Source: Octopus bimaculoides
Taxonomy: Eukaryota
Direction of reading: 5' to 3'
Length of the DNA: 44,618 nucleotides
NCBI RefSeq assembly: GCF_001194135.2
Contig: NC_068981.1
Coordinates: forward strand, 41,962,034 to 42,006,651
Shown: positions 26,217 through 38,217 of the stretch, piece after piece
Layout: every line of letters begins with the position of its first letter
Position numbering within the stretch: the first letter of the stretch is position 1
Notes under the pieces: generated by a model
What the model was told of the DNA's origin: nothing
What the model saw: only the letters and a program-made list of their open reading frames with translations
Databases searched by the model: none
Translations under genes and position numbers: made by a program

Positions 26217-27388
26217 NNNNNNNNNNNNNNNNNNNNNNNNNNNNNNNNNNNNNNNNNNNNNNNNNNNNNNNNNNNNNNNNNNNNNNNNNNNNNNNNNNNN
26301 NNNNNNNNNNNNNNNNNNNNNNNNNNNNNNNNNNNNNNNNNNNNNNNNNNNNNNNNNNNNNNNNNNNNNNNNNNNNNNNNNNNNNNNNNNNNNNNNNNNN
26401 NNNNNNNNNNNNNNNNNNNNNNNNNNNNNNNNNNNNNNNNNNNNNNNNNNNNNNNNNNNNNNNNNNNNNNNNNNNNNNNNNNNNNNNNNNNNNNNNNNNN
26501 NNNNNNNNNNNNNNNNNNNNNNNNNNNNNNNNNNNNNNNNNNNNNNNNNNNNNNNNNNNNNNNNNNNNNNNNNNNNNNNNNNNNNNNNNNNNNNNNNNNN
26601 NNNNNNNNNNNNNNNNNNNNNNNNNNNNNNNNNNNNNNNNNNNNNNNNNNNNNNNNNNNNNNNNNNNNNNNNNNNNNNNNNNNNNNNNNNNNNNNNNNNN
26701 NNNNNNNNNNNNNNNNNNNNNNNNNNNNNNNNNNNNNNNNNNNNNNNNNNNNNNNNNNNNNNNNNNNNNNNNNNNNNNNNNNNNNNNNNNNNNNNNNNNN
26801 NNNNNNNNNNNNNNNNNNNNNNNNNNNNNNNNNNNNNNNNNNNNNNNNNNNNNNNNNNNNNNNNNNNNNNNNNNNNNNNNNNNNNNNNNNNNNNNNNNNN
26901 NNNNNNNNNNNNNNNNNNNNNNNNNNNNNNNNNNNNNNNNNNNNNNNNNNNNNNNNNNNNNNNNNNNNNNNNNNNNNNNNNNNNNNNNNNNNNNNNNNNN
27001 NNNNNNNNNNNNNNNNNNNNNNNNNNNNNNNNNNNNNNNNNNNNNNNNNNNNNNNNNNNTTCTGTATGCGTACTAGTCAAAGGATCACAGCAGCGCCCAG
27101 TCACTAAAAAAATCCCCAGTCTAATAGGTGTAAAAAAATGTGTGGAAAACAAATATCTAAACTAAAAGGGACCATATTTCGGATTGAGTATACGAATCAA
27201 AAAATATTCGTTAGTTTCCGTGAGCACTGCGTAAATTACCATGAAGAAAATCGAGATCAACGTCGAAAAAGCCGTCTCAGTTAATTGAAATTTTGAAAAC
27301 GCGATTTTTTCAAAAACCGTTTTTCGGAATCGGATCCTCCATAACCAAAAACGTGGGATTCCGTAAAAAAAAAAAAAAAGAATCTATA

Positions 27389-27576
27389 TATATATCCATT
27401 TTACCGGAAGTTATGACGGAAAAATCGGATTGTGTGAATTTTCCGAAAGTCCCCTCCCCACCACCCCAAGGTCGTCAGCGCACATTTTTTTTTTTCATAT
27501 TCGTTTTCCACACACTTGTTAACATCCCCCTGGCTGGTTTAATGTTTTTCTTCCCGGATGAAGGTCTTTATATTGA
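27389..27576 (-). repeat. Right arm of the inverted-repeat pair
   Basis: TATATCCATTTTACCGGAAGTTATGACGGAAAAATCGGAT...GGTCTTTATATTGA is the inverted copy of 25872-26057. Confidence 0.85.
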
Positions 27577-27982
27577 TTTATTTATTTTTGATTTACTAGC
27601 TTCCGATTATTTGTACGTTTTAAAATGCGTTTTAGATTTTAAAGTTCCTTGCTTAATCCTTTAGAATCTTCAATCACAGCGAAGAAATCAGAGAGGAAAC
27701 CTCTACACAGTTGCTTGAATTGCAAGAAATAGCAACCGAATATTCATCAAATGACACTCTTCTTCCTCCCCTCATGAAAACAAAAGAAAATGACGGACAC
27801 ATTACTATATAATGTAGTCCCAGATTAAACTGTGCAAAAATATACGAAATAGTTACAGTTGGAGCATTTTTATTCATGTGTCTGTTTGATCAAGACTAAA
27901 CGCAGCAACACAGCAACAAAAAGCAATGATCTGAAATGTTGCAAGCAAATTTCCACATCCACCCTATGAGATTAATATCATA

Positions 27983-28072
<90 letters not shown>

Positions 28073-28800
28073 CACGCACGCACACACACACAACAAAAAA
28101 GAAAACAAACGTTGCTCGTGATTCCACTTTAATTTAATACAATATTCCTACAATGTTGAAATGTCCTTTTACGAAAATTTGGAATTTGATGTCTCTATGA
28201 TATCAAACTTAAAAATCACATATTTTTTCCCATTTATTTTTACCTAATTAACTTATTCTAATTCAATATATTATTTTTTCTCTCTCTTCTTTTCCTCTTG
28301 TTCTATCCTTAGTATCGGCGACTACAGTACATAAAAGTCGATAGCATATGTTAAGCAATATGTACCTAATATGAACATTAAATATATTTTAAAATGCCTC
28401 CACGGAATGCTCTATTGATACATTAATTAAGTTTTGCTTAATTAATTTTGTTCCTTCCAACTATTATTAAAGTTTTCTTTCTGACAAATCCTATTTACAT
28501 ATACACAAAATTACAAACATAAATAGATATAGATACATACATATGTACATGCATTCATAAACAAAAAAAACAACAAAAAACAAAATCAAAAACAAACAAA
28601 CCAAAAGCGCAAAAAAACCAAATATACAAATATACAGACATATACTTATATTGCAAAGAGGTAGAATATATATCCACATACAATAAATGTTATAGGATAA
28701 ACACAGATAAGGCTATGTATGGAACTGTGCCGCACACAGATGAACTAAGCGACATTGTGAACTTAGTTCTATTTTCAACAAATGGTATAAACGTATGTGA

Positions 28801-28832
<32 letters not shown>

Positions 28833-29392
28833 NNNNNNNNNNNNNNNNNNNNNNNNNNNNNNNNNNNNNNNNNNNNNNNNNNNNNNNNNNNNNNNNNNNN
28901 NNNNNNNNNNNNNNNNNNNNNNNNNNNNNNNNNNNNNNNNNNNNNNNNNNNNNNNNNNNNNNNNNNNNNNNNNNNNNNNNNNNNNNNNNNNNNNNNNNNN
29001 NNNNNNNNNNNNNNNNNNNNNNNNNNNNNNNNNNNNNNNNNNNNNNNNNNNNNNNNNNNNNNNNNNNNNNNNNNNNNNNNNNNNNNNNNNNNNNNNNNNN
29101 NNNNNNNNNNNNNNNNNNNNNNNNNNNNNNNNNNNNNNNNNNNNNNNNNNNNNNNNNNNNNNNNNNNNNNNNNNNNNNNNNNNNNNNNNNNNNNNNNNNN
29201 NNNNNNNNNNNNNNNNNNNNNNNNNNNNNNNNNNNNNNNNNNNNNNNNNNNNNNNNNNNNNNNNNNNNNNNNNNNNNNNNNNNNNNNNNNNNNNNNNNNN
29301 NNNNNNNNNNNNNNNNNNNNNNNNNNNNNNNNNNNNNNNNNNNNNNNNNNNNNNNNNNNNNNNNNNNNNNNNNNNNNNNNNNNNNNNNNNNN

Positions 29393-29705
29393 ACTTGTTT
29401 GTGTCATAAGACCTCTCAACCACATGCTTCTGGGTTCAGTCCTGCTGCGTGGCACATTCAGCTTGTGTCTTCTACTATAGCATCGGGCCGACCAAAGCCT
29501 TGTAGTATGTGGATTTGGTAGACGGAAAGTGAAAGAAGCCAGTCGTATATATGTGTGTATATGTGTGGAGGAGTGTGCGTGTGTGTGCGTGCGTGTGCGT
29601 GTGTGTGTGTGCGTGTGTGTATTTGTGCGGTGTATGTGTGTGTGTGTGTTGAAATAATAAGTACTGGGGTTGATTCATTGGAATTAAGGTGGTACCCCAG
29701 CATGG
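29393..29705 (+). mobile_element. tRNA-derived SINE with an internal (GT)n tract
   Basis: Box-B-like GGGTTCAGTCC, then GTGGCAC...GTGTCTTCTACTATAGC.TCGGGCCGACCAAAGCCTT, a central GT-repeat tract (~29550-29648) and a 3' part AAGTACTGGGGTTGAT...GGTGGTACCCCAGCATGG matching 26061-26216 in reverse. Confidence 0.8.
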
Positions 29706-30009
29706 GAGAGGTCCTATCCGTGTTTATGTGGAGATTATGTGTGCTTGTTAGTATTTTTCGGGTTTTCACATCAATGGCTCCGATCTCACCAAGCGTCCAA
29801 TCAAGCAGCCCAAATGTTGGTATAAGTACTGGCACTGCAAACACATTGTGGACCACTGTTTTATTGAATGCAGAGAGTTCTGAGGTCCAAATTTTCTTTA
29901 TTCGACTGTAATATTCTTTAGTGACATATGTTTCGTTACAGGTGCCATTGTAATGATGGAGATGTTACTAGTCTAGTTTATAGTTTTCCTCTTTTCACAG
30001 CCATACAAC

Positions 30010-30547
30010 AACTTTTAATCTGGATAGAGTAACTGTAGATTTCTGCGTAGGTATTTTCTTTTTCGCTGATCTTTAAATTTATGCTGATTTCCACAACTGT
30101 ATACAGTTTCTCTTCTCTATCCCAAATTACTATGTTAGGTTATTTATGTTTATATTCTTTTTGAGGTCTTCACTGGGACATTCCACCAGTACTTCTTTTT
30201 ATTATGAGTGGCTATGGTTTCAACCATACTATGGGCTGTTATTTCTTTGGCGTCGGGGTAATCCTTCCCACGGATCTCATTATACAATGTCCTAGCTACA
30301 ACATCATGTCTCATCAGTAGATATACCGTGATGACTTTTTCGGACAACTGTTTATAATACAGATGATACTTTCGGTGTTAACTCCACAAAGTCTGCATCG
30401 GTTATCACATTTTGCTGCTTTTCCTGCGTCTCTATCCCCTTTGCGCACCAGGTATTTGGTTGATATTTCCTGTTCCTGGATTGCAGATGCATACCTTTTA
30501 AAGTGGGAGTTAGTAATCCAGTTGTTGGTTCATGACAGACTGCTTTC
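30010..30547 (-). mobile_element. Decayed fragment of an RLE-encoding non-LTR retrotransposon (R4/Dong-like), zinc-knuckle to RLE region
   Basis: The minus-strand frame reads NNWITNSHFKRYASAIQEQEISTKYLVRKGDRDAGKAAKCDNRCRLCGVNTESII...YLLMRHDVVARTLYNEI...YWWNVPVKT, then after a frameshift NIVIWDREEKLYTVVEIS. The AIQEQ, CRLC, RHD and (P)D..WD..E motifs are hallmarks of RLE-clade LINEs. Confidence 0.88.
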
Positions 30548-32051
30548 ATGTATGTATGTATGTATGTATGTATGTATGTATGTATGTATGTATGTATGCA
30601 TGCATACATGCATGCATGTATGTATGTCTGTGTGTGTGCCTGTATGTGTATATATATGTGTATGAAATTAAATTTTCCAGGATCAACATTGTATTTAACG
30701 AAGAATATGAATTTCTAATAAAAACGCTGATATATACAGGACATTAAAAAGAAAATCAAAAGTGTTTATTTGTTCAATGTATCGGAATTTTCATTTAACG
30801 AAGTACTATATATACGCACACACAGACGCAAGCACATACTCACACACACTCCCGCACATACATACAAAGAAAGAATAGTTTTAATTGTAAATAGCTAAAT
30901 GCACTTGTTATAAAGATAAGAGAATATTTACATCCCAATAATCACGTTTTGGAGTGACTATTGGGATGAACAGCTCGCTCTACATTGAGGAAATACTCTG
31001 CAGTTATTGTTTCATGTAGTTTGGTAGCTGTTTTGTATTGACACTCGTGATGAGTCTGCATTTCGAGATTAATTATTCAATTTTTTCTTGAGCTTGTGCC
31101 AAAATATTGTATTTTTCTACTGATTAAAGAAAACGATCCTTAGAATCTATAAATTTGGGAATTTTAGTATTAGTAATTTTATTGCTGTATTATTTTCGCC
31201 GTTCTCTTTTGATAAAACGTTGTATTCTTGTTTTCCGAGGAAGCAGTACGAGTATTGTATGTAGCAGGCTTAAATAAGTCTTATGCAACCTTCGTTTTTA
31301 CTGATATTTGTTTAGCAGAATAAATAATACTCTTCATTAAGCAATTGCTGTTAAGTGGACAATAACAGAGTTTAATTGTAATTGCATTCTAAAAATAGAA
31401 AACTAAAACTAGCTAAATAAATGACACATAATAGATGTATTAGTGGAAGAAGTGTCATGTCACGTTATAATAGTGAAAATACAAACTAAGTTGGACATAA
31501 CTATAGGGTTTTAAGAAAGAGTATTGTTCAGTATATAACTTAAGAGATGCTATACATAGGCACACATATAAGCTATCCATTAAAGAAACAAGAATTAATT
31601 TTGCATTGCTGGTACAACATAAATAGTACTTTAAGAATAGCAAAACGATACAGTCATTAATGAATAAGTATTTAAGAGAAATATGTAAAACAAACTCGCG
31701 AGGACAGGAAAGTGTATATTATAATATTTTGTAAGTCTTATAGGGTGAATGATAGTTTCTCTTACAATCTTTAGCAGGAAACCTTTAGTAACGCTTGTGT
31801 GACATTTTAGATTGTGAATTTAAAACACACTCGCATATTCAACAGACATGTACATACACACATGTACACACATTCACATATATACACACATACACACATA
31901 CTGACACACACTATTCTGAGTCATCCATTATATATGAATGTTTAAATATGTATTAAAATAAATTTAAAATGAACTTTTGCAGTCGACGTCATATGTATGA
32001 CTATACATACATAAATGCATTCATATATGTAAATCTGTATGCTATGTATAT

Positions 32052-32087
<36 letters not shown>

Positions 32088-33022
32088 NNNNNNNNNNNNN
32101 NNNNNNNNNNNNNNNNNNNNNNNNNNNNNNNNNNNNNNNNNNNNNNNNNNNNNNNNNNNNNNNNNNNNNNNNNNNNNNNNNNNNNNNNNNNNNNNNNNNN
32201 NNNNNNNNNNNNNNNNNNNNNNNNNNNNNNNNNNNNNNNNNNNNNNNNNNNNNNNNNNNNNNNNNNNNNNNNNNNNNNNNNNNNNNNNNNNNNNNNNNNN
32301 NNNNNNNNNNNNNNNNNNNNNNNNNNNNNNNNNNNNNNNNNNNNNNNNNNNNNNNNNNNNNNNNNNNNNNNNNNNNNNNNNNNNNNNNNNNNNNNNNNNN
32401 NNNNNNNNNNNNNNNNNNNNNNNNNNNNNNNNNNNNNNNNNNNNNNNNNNNNNNNNNNNNNNNNNNNNNNNNNNNNNNNNNNNNNNNNNNNNNNNNNNNN
32501 NNNNNNNNNNNNNNNNNNNNNNNNNNNNNNNNNNNNNNNNNNNNNNNNNNNNNNNNNNNNNNNNNNNNNNNNNNNNNNNNNNNNNNNNNNNNNNNNNNNN
32601 NNNNNNNNNNNNNNNNNNNNNNNNNNNNNNNNNNNNNNNNNNNNNNNNNNNNNNNNNNNNNNNNNNNNNNNNNNNNNNNNNNNNNNNNNNNNNNNNNNNN
32701 NNNNNNNNNNNNNNNNNNNNNNNNNNNNNNNNNNNNNNNNNNNNNNNNNNNNNNNNNNNNNNNNNNNNNNNNNNNNNNNNNNNNNNNNNNNNNNNNNNNN
32801 NNNNNNNNNNNNNNNNNNNNNNNNNNNNNNNNNNNNNNNNNNNNNNNNNNNNNNNNNNNNNNNNNNNNNNNNNNNNNNNNNNNNNNNNNNNNNNNNNNNN
32901 NNNNNNNNNNNNNNNNNNNNNNNNNNNNNNNNNNNNNNNNNNNNNNNNNNNNNNNNNNNNNNNNNNNNNNNNNNNNNNNNNNNNNNNNNNNNNNNNNNNN
33001 NNNNNNNNNNNNNNNNNNNNNN

Positions 33023-33077
<55 letters not shown>

Positions 33078-33403
33078 CATAAGGAGAGATAGAGAAAAAG
33101 AGAGAAGGAGAGAGAGTGTGTGGTGTGAGAGATAAAGTAAGATTGTGTCTAGTGCCTAATTGAAAATTGATGAGTACTTTGGTGTTCTACAATGCCAAGA
33201 TAGAATTCTTTCACACCAGAATAAAAAAAGAAGCATATAATATTTGAAACATACCACCATCGTAGAATATTGCATTTCTCACATACAAAACTAGTGGCCG
33301 AACTTATGGAGACGTTATCAATATGTGAATATACATCAACTATCAGTTCTCTGTTGTTCGTGTATCATCTTCAACATACACATACAAACACCGTCACACG
33401 TTT

Positions 33404-33451
<48 letters not shown>

Positions 33452-34605
33452 CCCCCACACATTTATGCAGACAGAGGCACACGCATGCATACAAAGACTA
33501 CGAATTAACAATCGATATTTATGATTTGGTTCTGGTTGAAAGGTCAACACAAAGAAGTGTCATTTTTTTTTGCTTAGTCTGCCTTTACCCACAACACATT
33601 GATATAAAAATCAGACAGAATAAAAAAAAAACCGTTATATTCTCTGTAAAATATAATAATGATTTTCATAATTAAATTTAAGAATCCTTTCTTTGCCGTA
33701 CAACTAATGACGGACACTTCCATGTTCGGATATAGGTTTTGGAATTATAGTTTATTGGATTATAGCTAATCGTTAAAGGAAACAAAGTTTTCTGCAATCC
33801 TGGTAACAGGAAAGTCGAGAACTTAGAATACTTAAGTGGGTAAAATGTCCAATATGTTAGCAATTTACCGATTTAGGAAACTGAAGTGCACGATACGTCT
33901 AACATGCGTATAGAATGAGTCAATGTAGGATCCAGTACGTGGTGGCTCAACATACTAAAAATAACTGCCAAATATCCTTCACATCGTATCCTATCAGCTT
34001 AACAACATACACACACATATACTTATATACATAAATATACGCAAATATCTTAACAATAGAAAAGCACATTGGTAAATTGTAGTCATAGATTATCTATGTC
34101 TCAATAAAAGACAAGATAGTTCCATGTAGAATCAGGGATCTTGATCTGATGGATCCAATGAGAATTGATATGGATCTAACGAACAGCCTCAACAACAGCA
34201 AAACAGCATAAAACAATAATTGTGTAAAGATATAAGAGAGAACAGATTGTTTCTTGATGGTTTTTGGAGATTGATTCTATATTATTTTATAAAAGAAGAT
34301 CGTTTGCTATAAAATTTGGAACAAAACAATACAAAGCAAAAGAAAAAAAAAGACAAAACAAAAACATCAAAACATGCACAAAATAAGCCAAAAGCAAACC
34401 AAAACGAAATATAAAACAATTCGTTGATGTTTACTTTCGGAGCAATGTTTTTGAAGTTCACAATGTCTCTTGTTATCCTTTAGGTTGAAAAGCTGTTTAT
34501 GTATACACATACATACATACATACATACATACATACATACATACATACATACATACATACCTACATAATACATACATAATACATACATACATGCATACAT
34601 ACATA

Positions 34606-35326
34606 CATGGTGCTGTAACTAGAACACTTTATAATGAAATCCGTCGGAAGGATAAACGCGAAGACAAAGAAATAAAACCCCACATAATAAAACGGAACAC
34701 TGGTGGAATGTCCCAGGGAAGACCTCAATAAAACGTAAGCACAACAGATCTGATATAACGATTTGGGATAGAGAAGAGAAACTGTGGACATTTCTGGAAA
34801 TTAGCTGCCCAGCGGATGTTAACATAAAGCTGAAGATCAGTGAAAAAGAGAAATCTGCAGTTACTCTATCCAGATCACAAGTTCAGGTTTACACCTATAA
34901 TTATTGGGACCCTGGGATATGTAACACACTGCCTAAATACCTATCTAGAGAAATTAAGCTTCTCAAACCAGAAAGGAGAAAGCTAATTTGAAGACTACAG
35001 ATCCAATCCATAACTGGAATTGTAAAAATCTGTAAAACTTTCCAGAAATTTATCATTTAAATATGTATGAGCATGTCTAGATATGCAACTATATGCATGA
35101 GAATACATACATAAAACAAAACATACAAATCTGCACATATTCATACATACATGCATACATACATACATACATACATACATACACACATACATAGATACAT
35201 ACATATATACAAACAAAAATACCTTCTTGGTGATGTTGAAATTCCAATGAAGGAGCCTTGAATCTAGCTTAGAAACCTGGCTCTTTCTCTATTGGAAAGA
35301 AGTCTTGAAATAAAACCGAACAATGA
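34606..35326 (+). mobile_element. Second, 5'-truncated copy of the same RLE LINE, with the ORF end and 3' UTR
   Basis: HGAVTRTLYNEIRRKD...HWWNVPGKTSIKRKHNRSDITIWDREEKLWTFLEISCPADVNIKLKISEKE...LQLLYPDHKFRFTPIIIGTLGYV...LQIQSITGIVKICKTFQKFII* (stop ends at 35060; indels and a premature stop are present). The DNA aligns with the reverse complement of 30010-30310. Confidence 0.9.
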
Positions 35327-36413
35327 CATACACACATATATACATACATGCATACATACATACATACATACATACATACACATATGTGTGCATGTGTTAT
35401 ATATATATATATATANNNNNNNNNNNNNNNNNNNNNNNNNNNNNNNNNNNNNNNNNNNNNNNNNNNNNNNNNNNNNNNNNNNNNNNNNNNNNNNNNNNNN
35501 NNNNNNNNNNNNNNNNNNNNNNNNNNNNNNNNNNNNNNNNNNNNNNNNNNNNNNNNNNNNNNNNNNNNNNNNNNNNNNNNNNNNNNNNNNNNNNNNNNNN
35601 NNNNNNNNNNNNNNNNNNNNNNNNNNNNNNNNNNNNNNNNNNNNNNNNNNNNNNNNNNNNNNNNNNNNNNNNNNNNNNNNNNNNNNNNNNNNNNNNNNNN
35701 NNNNNNNNNNNNNNNNNNNNNNNNNNNNNNNNNNNNNNNNNNNNNNNNNNNNNNNNNNNNNNNNNNNNNNNNNNNNNNNNNNNNNNNNNNNNNNNNNNNN
35801 NNNNNNNNNNNNNNNNNNNNNNNNNNNNNNNNNNNNNNNNNNNNNNNNNNNNNNNNNNNNNNNNNNNNNNNNNNNTATGCATGAGAATACATAAATATAG
35901 TGATTAATGCTATAATGAAAGAAGACAACATAGGAGGGAGAAATTTGAAAAAGTTTGTGTTTCATCTTAAAGCTTAAAAAGAATGGAAAGGCTCTTGACG
36001 TTTCTGACTCGGGTCCTTCAGCAGAAGAAGCGTATAGAGGGAAAGTAAAGGACAAGGCGAAAAGAGAAAAAGTAGTTGGAGGAAAAACGAGTTAGACGTT
36101 ATGGGCCAAGTGAGAAGAGGTTTTGTGGAGGGAATTAAGATAGGAGGATGTGTGTGTGCGTGTGTACAAGTGTATAGGAGTACACCCAAGAATTGAGATA
36201 GCATAAGAGGGAAGTGTATGTGTGTAAAGGGATGCGCATATGGAAGTGTAATGACGTGGGATAGTCGGGGTATGGGTGGTTGGTATATGTAATCGTACTG
36301 TGCGCGAGTAAACTGTAAAAATGAGAAGATGGCAGCGGCTACAAGTGTGAGGTGTATAAGTGTATATGTGTATGAGTGTATATCTATATATATCTATATA
36401 TATCTATATGCAT

Positions 36414-36446
<33 letters not shown>

Positions 36447-38183
36447 CACGTTGATTTTGAAGTATATATATATATATAGATATAGGTAAATAGATATGCC
36501 TATATGCACACACGCACGGAAAGAGTGAGAGAGAGAGAAAGATAGATAGATAAAGAGAGAGAGAGAGAGAGAGAAAAGTAAAATTCGACTTGATGTTTCA
36601 TTACAGAGCAAGCTCATGACTTTATTCATATATATTGTGGGAATTCCAATGTGTAACCTCACAATTTATGTCTCAGTATACCAACCGAGTTGTTATTAAA
36701 TCTTTTGGAAATCTATCCGGCAATTGATTTGCAGACACACTATCCAAAAGTCATATATCACATATCTCAATTCATGGAGAAATAAACTTCATCAATAGAC
36801 CGGTGAATACAAGATATTCGAGAAAGGATTAACTTAACTTCTATATGTCGCTTGGGACGGTTATTTTTTTCCACCAGAAGACAGCAGTTTGTGAAATTGT
36901 AATAGTTGCATAAAAAAATACTACGTCCATTTTCTAGTGCATTTGTTTTTGCGCTCATCGCTCATATACCATTAATGTTCATTAACCTTGGTTGGATAAA
37001 GAGGCAAACTGGTCATGTTTAGACACAAGTTCAGAAAGCTAGAAATCATCTTGGGTATTCTCAGTAATCATCTTTAACTCTCGGTGAAAATGCAAAACAT
37101 AACGGCCAAATTTCTCTAATATTACATCTAAGTGTCTTTAAGAAAGGTAGATAACATTGGCTAATACAGTCTTACACACATTGCGGTTAGAAAAAAAAAA
37201 CAAAGAAAAAAAAGCGACTGACTGGTTGCAGTTAGAATTCGTTTGACCATAGATTTATCCAGTCGGGGCTTCCCCCGGGATAACCACCACCAACACGACC
37301 ACGACGACCACCACGACGACCACCACGACGACCACCACCACAACCACGACGACNNNNNNNNNNNNNNNNNNNNNNNNNNNNNNNNNNNNNNNNNNNNNNN
37401 NNNNNNNNNNNNNNNNNNNNNNNNNNNNNNNNNNNNNNNNNNNNNNNNNNNNNNNNNNNNNNNNNNNNNNNNNNNNNNNNNNNNNNNNNNNNNNNNNNNN
37501 NNNNNNNNNNNNNNNNNNNNNNNNNNNNNNNNNNNNNNNNNNNNNNNNNNNNNNNNNNNNNNNNNNNNNNNNNNNNNNNNNNNNNNNNNNNNNNNNNNNN
37601 NNNNNNNNNNNNNNNNNNNNNNNNNNNNNNNNNNNNNNNNNNNNNNNNNNNNNNNNNNNNNNNNNNNNNNNNNNNNNNNNNNNNNNNNNNNNNNNNNNNN
37701 NNNNNNNNNNNNNNNNNNNNNNNNNNNNNNNNNNNNNNNNNNNNNNNNNNNNNNNNNNNNNNNNNNNNNNNNNNNNNNNNNNNNNNNNNNNNNNNNNNNN
37801 NNNNNNNNNNNNNNNNNNNNNNNNNNNNNNNNNNNNNNNNNNNNNNNNNNNNNNNNNNNNNNNNNNNNNNNNNNNNNNNNNNNNNNNNNNNNNNNNNNNN
37901 NNNNNNNNNNNNNNNNNNNNNNNNNNNNNNNNNNNNNNNNNNNNNNNNNNNNNNNNNNNNNNNNNNNNNNNNNNNNNNNNNNNNNNNNNNNNNNNNNNNN
38001 NNNNNNNNNNNNNNNNNNNNNNNNNNNNNNNNNNNNNNNNNNNNNNNNNNNNNNNNNNNNNNNNNNNNNNNNNNNNNNNNNNNNNNNNNNNNNNNNNNNA
38101 TATATGATATATATGTATGTGTAGATATATTCATACATACATGCACACACACATGTATGTATGTATGTATGTATGTATGTATG

Positions 38184-38217
<34 letters not shown>

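Noticed and set aside
34130-34210. Met/Asp-rich peptide DLDLMDPMRIDMDL, reminiscent of reflectin
   Set aside because: It does not fit the reflectin M/FD(X)5MD(X)5MD spacing, and the frame is under 30 codons.
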